This document shows positions 54,644 through 64,000 of a DNA stretch of 64,000 bases, piece by piece. How positions within the stretch are numbered: position 1 is the stretch's first letter; each line of letters opens with the position of its first letter. Made by a program: the position numbers and the translations under genes. The notes below the pieces were generated by a model that was not told the origin of the DNA, did no database searches, and saw only the letters and a list, made by a program, of their open reading frames with translations. This DNA comes from Octopus sinensis (Eukaryota). The stretch is taken from assembly GCF_006345805.1 (NCBI RefSeq), contig NC_042999.1, positions 34,162,001 to 34,226,000 on the forward strand, read 5' to 3'.

Positions 54644-54782
54644 CCATCTACTTCAATTTCTGCTTGGCGTTTTGTTTACATTGGCGTATCGTTTGAATTG
54701 GCTTTTTTTCAAATTTTTTGTTGGATAAAATTTATAGAAATAAAACGCAATACGTATGCACCAATTATATAATATATATATA

Positions 54783-54816
<34 letters not shown>

Positions 54817-54820
<4 letters not shown>

Positions 54821-55222
54821 AGAGTGGCTGTGTGGTAAGTAGCTTGCTACCCAACCACATGGTTCCGGGTCCAGACCCACTGCGTGGCATCTTGGGCAAG
54901 TGTCTTCTACTATAGCCTCGGGCCGACCAAAGCCTTCTCAGTGAATTTGGTAGACGGAAACTGAAAGAAGCCCGTCGTATATATATCTATCTATATATAT
55001 GTCTGTGTGTGTGTTTGTGTCTCTGTGTTTGTCCCCCCAACATCGCTTGGCAACCGGTGCTGTTGTGTTTACGTCCCCGTACCTTAGCGGTTCGGCAAAA
55101 GACACCGATAGAATAAGTGCTAGGTTTACAAAGAATAAGTCCTGGGGTCGATTTGCTCGACTGAAAGCGGTGCTCCAGCACGGCCACAGTCAAATGACTG
55201 AAACAAGTAAAAGAGTAAAGAG
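54817..55222 (+). mobile_element. SINE family B, full length (tRNA head, CORE-like block, internal TA/TG tract, AAAAGAGT tail)
   Basis: A box TGGCTGTGTGG; B-box region GGTTCCGGGTCCAGACCC; CORE-like GTGGCATCTTGGGCAAGTG. About 10 partial or full copies in the window. Confidence 0.9.
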
Positions 55223-55537
55223 CTTTATGCATTGTCGTTCTTTTTGACAGCCTTTGAGATCATTCGCATCTGTTCTGTTCTGTCTCGCCACCCAGTGAGT
55301 TAAGATTTTTCTTGCGCTAGCTTACTATAATGTCTGATAGTCGAAAGACATTGTTTTGATCTATTTCTGTTTTATAGCCGAAAGGCTTTTGTCCATTGTA
55401 CATTTATAATTCTCTTTCTTATGTTATTATTGCCCGATAGTCGTTATACCCGTTCTATTTGTTATTTACTTGCGTTTGTATATGTACATTCGTTTGCGTT
55501 GCTCAAGGGCTTAATGCCTTCAGTATATATATTATTG

Positions 55538-55705
55538 AAATTTACAGTAAAACAAAAGACGAAAACAGATGCATGAACAACATATAGGTGTGTTAAGTCT
55601 GAAAGTAAGAAAGTATTTTACATTTCGAGCCTAAGCTCCTCAAAAGAAAGGAATAAGAGAAAATAAACAGAGAGAATAAAAAACTTATGGATTTAACGAT
55701 CAAAT
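55538..55705 (-). mobile_element. Hammerhead family 2 element between TA tracts, degenerate motif
   Basis: The - strand reads ttt-CTTTTGA-g-GAGC-ttag-GCTC-GAAA-tgta-aaa at about 55617-55649. Homologous to 6540-6745. Confidence 0.55.
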
Positions 55706-55733
55706 ATATATATATATATATATCTATATATAT

Positions 55734-55764
<31 letters not shown>

Positions 55765-55783
55765 CTATATATATATATATATA

Positions 55784-55848
<65 letters not shown>

Positions 55849-55851
<3 letters not shown>

Positions 55852-56232
55852 GAGGCGCAATGGCCCAGTGGTTAGGGGAGCGGACTCGCGGTCATAGGAT
55901 CGCGGTTTCGATTCCCAGACCGGACGTTGTGAGTGTTATTGAGCGAAAACACCTAAAAGCTTCACGAGGCTCCGGCAGGGGATGGTGGTGATCCCTGCTG
56001 TACTCTTTCACCACAACTTTCTCTCAGTCTTACTTCCTGTTTCTGTTGTACCTGTATTTCAAAGGGCCGGCCTTCTCACTCTCTGTGTCACGCTGAATAT
56101 CCCCGAGAAGTACGTTAAGTGTGCACGTGTCTGTGGAGTGCTCAGCCACTTACACGTTAATTTCACGAGCAGGCTGTTCCGTTGATTCGGGTCAACCGGA
56201 ACCCTCATCGTCGTAACCGACGGAGTGCTTCC
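55849..56232 (+). mobile_element. SINE family C, full length, in (TA)n
   Basis: tRNA-like head with A box TGGCCCAGTGG and B box GGTTTCGATTCC. Other copies at 17.5 and 32.6 kb. Confidence 0.88.
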
Positions 56233-56247
56233 ACATTCCACATATAT

Positions 56248-56308
<61 letters not shown>

Positions 56309-56639
56309 CAAGATGAGATAACGAAGCCAAGGCTGTGAGGAGTTTTCAGGATATTTATAGGGAAAAAGATATAGTCTTTGAATTCGAAATAAGGTATTAT
56401 TTTGGAAGAGAAGGAGATAGGAAATATAGAAGGAAATATGAGAATGAAAGTAGTAATAAAGTCTGGAGCCGTAGATTATGTGTTGCTCATTCGAACAGGT
56501 GTTGTAGCATGTATGTGTGCGTGTATATATATAAGTGTGTGTGTGTGCGTGTGTGTATGTATGTCTATATATGTATATGTATATATATATACACACGCAC
56601 ATACACACACGCACACGCACACACACACACACACACACA

Positions 56640-56715
<76 letters not shown>

Positions 56716-57025
56716 ATAAGATCGTTAATTTAAAAATAAAACAACGATTTTATGAAGTGGTCAGCATGAGAAAAATAACCTTCAAAGGTAATAATTATTA
56801 AAATTAAAAATTAGGGTATCTACAAGATACCACCTTGCTGAAAATAGCAGCCATGACCTGACTCTAAAACCACCTTAATTGTCCATATATCAACACGGAG
56901 AAAAAACGAAGAGACAAGATGAAACTAGTAAAAAACTACTGGATAATTCTGGATCCCGGATTTTTGAGTTTGCATTTAGTAATGCTTTGCTTCGTCAGTA
57001 GAATACACGCAGAAGAGAATCATAA

Positions 57026-57076
<51 letters not shown>

Positions 57077-58047
57077 CACAACATACGAATACTTACATAT
57101 ACGAATGTATACCCACATATATATGCACGTATGCATCATGGCCAGTTCAAAATGCCCGCCGTTTAATTCCATGTGAGATATGGTCAAAATATCGCCCCAG
57201 TAAATACAGTGACGAAATCAATTTAAATTTATATGAATAAGAATAAGATCGTTAATTAAAAAAAATATATACGTTAGGTTGTCCATTATGCATAATAATT
57301 GGAGCTCGCAATTAATACGAAAACAAATCAGCAATAATTGGAAGTATTTCTAAAAAGATAGACGGACTATCACATATTGGAAAGTAATCGATTTTATTTT
57401 ATTCGATAAATAATAGCCAATTTCCATTGAATACAAATGAAATTTTCTGTTTGATAAATAATTTTACTTAAAATTTGCATACAATGTGAAACAGTATATT
57501 TCAATAAATGGAAAACATTTTAAAATTGTAAAATATGAAAGAATTTTAAATATTAAGTGGCATAGTTTGGTATATGTAAAAAACAGTCGGAGAAAATGAA
57601 ATTAATTTTTGTTTCTTTCAATAATGATTCTTACAATTAGTCTAAAACTCGATATAGTAGGAGCATCATATGATCAAGATAATTACACCTCACTATATAA
57701 CATACATATTTCTAAAACTATTAAAGCGATGAGAGCAGCTGCACAAAATATTTTTACTGTTCTTCTCTACGTGTCAAAGTCAAGTTAACTAAGCATTTTT
57801 TATTTATGAATCTGGTGTGTATTAAATCTATTTCTTCAAAAATAGGTCGTAGAAATTATGCAAAACGAGAGCTAGCAATATTTCTTTTTTTCTAATTTGC
57901 TATGAAATAGAAAGTATACAAAGCCAGGGGTTTCGAATTATAAATTCCTATGTGATATGCATACATATGCACACATTTACACATATATCTGTGGGGAGTG
58001 TTTTTATAAGTGTGAGTGTATGTGTGAGCTTGAGTGTTTGTGTTCGA

Positions 58048-58119
<72 letters not shown>

Positions 58120-58254
58120 GTATGTATTTATATTTATATTTATATATATATGTATGTATATATAATATATATTTATACATATTTATTTATATATATATAT
58201 ATATATGCATGTATGTGTGTATATATGTATATACATGTGTGTTTATATGTATAT

Positions 58255-58400
58255 TTGTGAGAAACTGTATGGTAGGAATTTTGCTTCGCATACACATGCT
58301 TTCAGGTTCCCTCCCTCTGCATGGTACATTGGGGAAGTGTTTTCTACTGTAGCCTCGCGCCGACCAGATCCTTCCGGTTGGACTGAAAGAAGTCCGCCGT
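58255..58400 (+). mobile_element. SINE family B, 5' half, diverged
   Basis: GGGAAGTGTTTTCTACTGTAGCCTCG..ACTGAAAGAAGTCCG matches family B. Confidence 0.7.
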
Positions 58401-58591
58401 ACATATATATATGAGAGAATGTATGTACATATTTTTTGTGTGTGCGTGTGTTTATACATACATACATACTTATGTGTGTGTATGTGTGTCTGTGTGTTTG
58501 TATGCATATCTGTATATGCATACATATATATACCAAGGTATGTACTAGGGGTGTGATGAAACCTACAGTGACACGTGTGTGTGTGCGTAAA

Positions 58592-58760
<169 letters not shown>

Positions 58761-60012
58761 GTTTCTTTATTAGCCACACGCAGCTGAACACAGAGGGGAC
58801 AAAATACAAAGTAGGGCTTTTGTTTTGGGAGAGGAAAGAAGAAAAATGGTGCGATTAGAATTTCGATCAAATGGGATCGTGAAAAAAAAAAAGAAAAGAA
58901 AAGGAAGCCGATCAATAGGAGTCGTGTATCACAGAAATGCCATAATGTAAAAGGGGAAACAGATTAGGTTTATCCGTGGAAAGAAAAGCCTACGGAAAAG
59001 ACCACGATACCCTCGTTCAATAATGTCATGCAAAAAAACACATTAAAGTCAGTGACTCTCTTTTTTCCTTTTTTTTCTGGTTCATAGTTTTATGCACAAG
59101 GTGGCGCCGTCATTCACACGTGCCTCCCTTGCTACATTCACCCAACCTTTTTGAAACATTCACTAGACAAAAGTTCCCTCTCTACTCTCACCTTTCTCTT
59201 CAAGTGATACTTGAAGTTGATGAGAAATTCACCAGAAAGGAAAGTTCTTGGCTCTAAACCTTTCAGATGCGTCCACCATACACATTCTTTCGCCATAGCC
59301 ACAAGTACAATAAAAATGGCTCTTCCTTCTCGTTTCAAGGAAGTAGGTGCGACAATATTCACGATAGACTCGGTTCATAAACTGACTCCTCCCACGCAAG
59401 ATAGCAGTCGTTCGACATATACCCACAGGTCGGAAATGGTCGGAAATGGTTGGTACTGTACGAGTGCGTGCACAACGGTTTCGTCGCTCTGACTGCATCT
59501 CAGGCAGGCCGGTCCCACGTTTTTCGAGCCATACCTGTAGATCTTATCCTGAACGGGTAGCGCTTCTAGATAGCACTGCCATGTCAGGGATCACTGGAAG
59601 TTCTCCATAGGTCCCAGCCCAAAAGTCATCTTAATCAGGCAGGTCAGCTATTCTTCGTCGACGCCCGCGTTCGCCCCGAGATCGTCGTCGTACCTCCCCT
59701 ACACTAATCTCTTTGGTTGAGTTGTAGTGTGCAGGGTCGACTACGGACGGCATAGTTGCTTGACAGCAACGCTAAACTCGCGGTGCCCTACGCCCTTCTT
59801 CGGCCTCTTTTTGATCCACAAAGCAGTTCGGTCATGGAGATGAGGTGCGGGAAAGCGTGCCTGACAGTGACCATACCTGTTCACCCTCGTCTACGTAGAA
59901 CCGGAGATGTCGCAGTCTCAGCGCGTGGCTGCGCATCAACCACGGCATGCCCAGCCGTCCTTGTAACCGGTGATGGCAGTAGACGGATCGCCTCACTATC
60001 GGAACGCATCGG
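58761..60012 (-). mobile_element. 5'-truncated L1/Tx1-clade retrotransposon 3' end inside (GATA)n
   Basis: The - strand reads SLTWQCYLEALPVQDKIYRYG..GPACLRCSQSDETVVHALVQ (zf-RVT-type C-terminal knuckle) and AMAKECVWW..KRKVRVER. The 3' UTR ends AATAAAGAAAC. GATA repeats flank both sides. Confidence 0.75.
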
Positions 60013-60668
60013 ATAGGTAGACAGATAGATAGACAGATATATTTGGAAGAGAGAATTTTTTTCGTCAATATACATCTATGAAAAGTGTAGTTATCCAGCG
60101 AGAAAATCGGAAGCTGAATTTCTTAGTCTTTACTGACATCTGCTCTGGCCCGAACTACATACAATCTTTTGTCAGTATCATAGTGAGAATACCAGTGAAC
60201 CCATCATCGCCGTATTAGTATTTTGTAAGCAGCAATGCTATTGTTCATAGATTGTGATATAAAATACAAATAAATTATATTCTTTGAACTCTACATTATA
60301 TTTAACAAGATGCCTGAACAAAGACGTCTAAGTTATTAACAAAAGAAAAGAGACTAAATTGTTTCTACAACATAGAACATATGTTATAATAGATTAAAAA
60401 CCGTACCTGTCTCAACTTGTTTCTTAATAGGCAAATGGATTATTTTGCAAGAATATTCTGTATGAGTATTTTTACATATACAGACTGAATGTTGCTGAAT
60501 GACATCACTTACGCTATTCATAGATTTACGATGAAAATAGATTTTATTTTGCATTATCTGAGAAAGCATTATTTACGTATCACTTGAAATGACACAACAT
60601 TATAAAAGGATTTCATTTTTATAAACGGCCATATGCCTGTTCCTCTGCGCACAAACATATATATATAT

Positions 60669-60814
60669 GGAACAAATATAGTATTATTGGACGCTCAGGA
60701 AAGAAGGAAAGAAGGAGGGTTTAACGTTTCGAGCGGAGCTCTTCGTCGGAAACATAGGAGAAGGAAAGATCCAGAGAAGGGAAGACAGAGGAAAAAAATC
60801 GCCAACGGTACACA
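60669..60814 (-). mobile_element. Hammerhead family 1 element in (TA)n
   Basis: Homologous to 41175-41374, with TA tracts on both sides. Confidence 0.8.
60719..60753 (-). ncRNA. Minimal hammerhead ribozyme motif (U4 mutated to C; GUU at the cleavage site in this copy)
   Basis: The - strand reads GTTT-CcGACGA-A-GAGC-tcc-GCTC-GAAA-CGTt-AAAC. Confidence 0.6.
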
Positions 60815-60832
60815 TATACATATATATGTATG

Positions 60833-60875
<43 letters not shown>

Positions 60876-60898
60876 ATATATATATATATATATATATA

Positions 60899-61292
60899 TC
60901 TTTATATATAAAAGTGAGGTTGTGTGCTGTCTGTCTCCTACGATTTAGATTCCTAACTACTCCCACATTTTGCGGTGCAGTTTAACCAAAACCGGATATC
61001 TTATAGTAGTGATTCATATCGAGCCCTTGTGGGTATTAGTGCGTGTCTACGATGAGTCTACGATTTTAAAAAAAATTACCATCAATTTTTCCCATTTTAA
61101 TGCATTTTTGGCATATATAAGGGGAATAACTCTCTAAAAATTTATTATTAAATCTCAGAACGTAAAAAGCTACAGTAACACCCCCCCCTTTGTGGTTAGC
61201 CATATTGAGATGGCTATTATACTTTACATCTCTAAAAATGCTTATATAGTTATTTCCCTTACAAACCCGAGCAACGCCGGGTGATACTGCTA
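60899..61292 (+). mobile_element. Non-autonomous Helitron (family H1, longer variant)
   Basis: TC start, 3' hairpin CCCG-agcaacgc-CGGG, end CTA running into TA repeats. Colinear with 13586-13883 plus 98 extra bp. Confidence 0.85.
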
Positions 61293-61299
61293 TATATAT

Positions 61300-61577
61300 A
61301 TTCTTTTCTTTGATTCTTTAACTTGTTCCAGTCATTTGGCAGCGGCCATGCTGTAGCACTGCCTTTAGTCCAACAGATTGACCCCGGGACTTTTTCCTCG
61401 TAAGTCTAGTACTTATTCTATTTGTCTTTTTTGCTGAACGGCTAAATTACGGGGACGTAAACAAACCAAAATCGGTTTCAAGATTAATTCCTGTGGTCGA
61501 TTTCTTAACTAAAAGGCGATGTTCCAGCATGGACGCAGTCAGATGATTGAAACAAGTAGAAAATAAAAAAAAGAATA
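61300..61577. mobile_element. Two SINE family B 3' fragments in opposite orientation
   Basis: 61300-61480 (-) and 61481-61577 (+) both match the 3' part of 54817-55222. Confidence 0.7.
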
Positions 61578-61617
61578 CATACAAATATGTGTGTGTGTAT
61601 GTGTGTGTGCATGTATA

Positions 61618-61676
<59 letters not shown>

Positions 61677-61752
61677 ATGGTAGTGGTAGTGGTAGTGGTA
61701 GTTGTTGTTGTTGTTGTTGCAGTAATAGGCAGCAGCAGCAGTAGAAGTAGTA

Positions 61753-61814
<62 letters not shown>

Positions 61815-62078
61815 TTCAGATTTAGGATGCACGAGCATAATTAGTAGATTAGATACATGAATCTACAAGACAATCAGTACTAGATAAACAATAAAAAAAC
61901 GCCCAGTTTATGATAGTACGTATCTTTTGTCCAGCTTGCTCTACCATGTCTTTTAGCGTTTCCTGTGAAGAGGCAATTGTTGCTTCGATGTTCCTTTGTC
62001 TTGTGCAATGTAGAGTAATAAGAGTGAAGAAGTTCTCAATTACGTCCATATAACATTAGGTTGTGTATAAGTAGACAT

Positions 62079-62577
62079 GTGGAGGTGCGTCTCTTACTGG
62101 TTAGGGTGTTAGCACCATGATCGTAAGGTTGTGGTTTCGATTCCTGGACCGGGCAACACGTTGTGTTCTTGAGCAAAACACTTCATTTTACGGTGCTCCA
62201 GTCTACTCAGCTCTCAAAGATGAATAACGCTGCGATGGACTGGCATCCCGTCCAGCTGGAGAACACATACGCCATAGCAACCGGGCCCATGAGACTGGCT
62301 AGGATTTAAAAGGGCGCATTTATGTGGAGGCGCGTAGCTTAGTGGTTAGGGTGTCAGCACCATGGTCGTAAGGTTGTGGTTTCGATTCCTGGACCGGGCG
62401 ACGCGTTGTGTTCTTGAGCAAAACACTTCATTTCACGTTGCTCCAGTCCATTCAGCTGACAAAAATGAATGACGCTGCGATTGACTGGGGAACACATACG
62501 CCATAGAAACCGGGAAACCGGCCCCATGAGCCTGGCTAGGCTTTAAAAAAGGGCACATTCATTTTTTTTTTTTATTT
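62079..62577 (+). mobile_element. Head-to-tail dimer of tRNA-derived SINE family D within one 13-bp TSD
   Basis: Units at about 62079-62321 and 62324-62560, each with B box GGTTTCGATTCC. TATAAGTAGACAT occurs at 62066-62078 and 62578-62590. Confidence 0.85.
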
Positions 62578-62699
62578 TATAAGTAGACATAGAAAACTCT
62601 GAGTTTACGGAGGTTTTCATTGTCCCTTGAATATTACACACCTAGTATTGCTTAGTATTCCCTCTGTAGAACTGCCGATAAAATGGAAATAATAGATGT

Positions 62700-63790
62700 A
62701 GATCCATAACTTTGGCTATCACAAGTTTTCTGTCCTTAAATTTCGAAACACTGAGGAGTGTGTATAGTATCATTTATTTCATTCGTTAGTCCTTTGTACA
62801 TTTATTCAGATACATAATTATCATGCGTTCTACATGACACCGATGGAGTTATTTGATAAGGACCATTTTTTTGGAAAAGATTAAGTATTATATATATATA
62901 TGTAACGTGCAGGGATGCCTTACTAACATTATAAGCCCACGGAAAAATAATGAGCAGGGCCCTTGAATATGTACTCATTGACACCTAGCCACAATATATA
63001 TATTGATCAGAAATGGGCTCCTAGGTACTTGTGACCCCTACGCACGTGGCAATGCTGATATATGTTTGCCTGTTTCTGTATATTTCTTACTAATGTACAA
63101 TATTTTAACTTAGCCCAATGTAAACAATCATGTTTGGTAGACTAGTAATAGACCATAAAGTATACATATTTATCAGACATCAATAGAATACCTCTAGATT
63201 TGACCACCATTTCCCACATTACAATTCACATCAACTTCCAAAGCTCCACAATGGTATTCTAATTTTGCACATATATTTACACTTCCCTAGTCATTGCTTA
63301 CTAACATATTTATGAAATTCAACACTTCTGCATAACTGAGAGATATCTCAATGTAAATTACAAACATATCTTTTACCTATTCTATTGTATATAAATGTAA
63401 GGTATGAACTGAGAATTCCAATTATGCTTACATCGGATCGTGGAGCACCACACTCATGGTCAGAATTGGTAATCACTATTCTAGCTTTAAATGTCAAGCA
63501 AGACATTTGTCTCAGTTCATTCATAACCTAAAACAAAACTCAATTCTATGCAATTTAAAATGGTACATAGTTGCCCATGACAAACCATAAAACGTCTATA
63601 ATAACAAATACGATCTCTGCATCCAGGAAGCCTTTTCTGTTATGCAACCCAACGATTATCTTACCGAATAGAACCACCTAATTTTTAATTGTAAGTACAG
63701 ATTATGTAATACATTCTCCATGTATAGATGCGCCCCCTATTATTATTCCCTAACTATTCCTTTACCCCTACTTGCAGGTCTTTATAAACA
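62700..63790 (-). mobile_element. Highly decayed LINE RT remnant
   Basis: Ordered weak motifs on the - strand: ECGAP (GxPQG-like), SYAE (YADD-like), HKYLG. Confidence 0.35.
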
Positions 63791-64000
63791 GATAATTTTT
63801 TAACTACCTTTATATTTTCTTAACCTGCGATCACCCTGCGTATGGGTGCGTATGTGCGCGTGCACACTTATAGAATACTACCGGCGCAGAGGAAATATGC
63901 GTTCGCGACGAATATGCGTATATGTAGTTTGACTGATATGCGATAAACCACCAAGTATTCCTCATTTTCCTCTCTATCTTCCTCTCTTCTCCTAAAACAT

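Noticed and set aside
55849-55925. tRNA gene (also at 32.7, 54.8 and 62.1 kb)
   Set aside because: A and B boxes are present, but there is no proper acceptor stem and each continues into a repeated SINE body.

Overview
AT-rich, microsatellite-laden eukaryotic DNA made almost entirely of transposon remnants. It is most likely an octopus or other coleoid cephalopod, inferred from the SINE repertoire and repeat style. I found no confidently identifiable host protein-coding gene, and most long ORFs in the track are translations of (TA)n, (TAA)n, (CA)n or (GATA)n. Recognisable retroelements: at least seven R4/Dong-type fragments with a restriction-like endonuclease (RLE), two CR1-group LINEs, an L1/Tx1 3' end, an RTE fragment, a decayed Penelope-like element and four tRNA-headed SINE families. 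Recognisable DNA transposons: three non-autonomous Helitrons and MULE, mariner, Tc1 and hAT relics. The most notable signals are (1) 150-200 bp non-coding elements in (TA)n tracts carrying a minimal hammerhead-ribozyme motif, alongside a Penelope-like RT relic; (2) apparent partitioning of microsatellite targets among retroelement clades (Dong/R4 and a 555-bp non-coding element in TAA, Tx1 in GATA, CR1 in TA); and (3) tandem reiteration at retroposon 5' junctions. All family assignments come from motifs read by eye, with no database searches.
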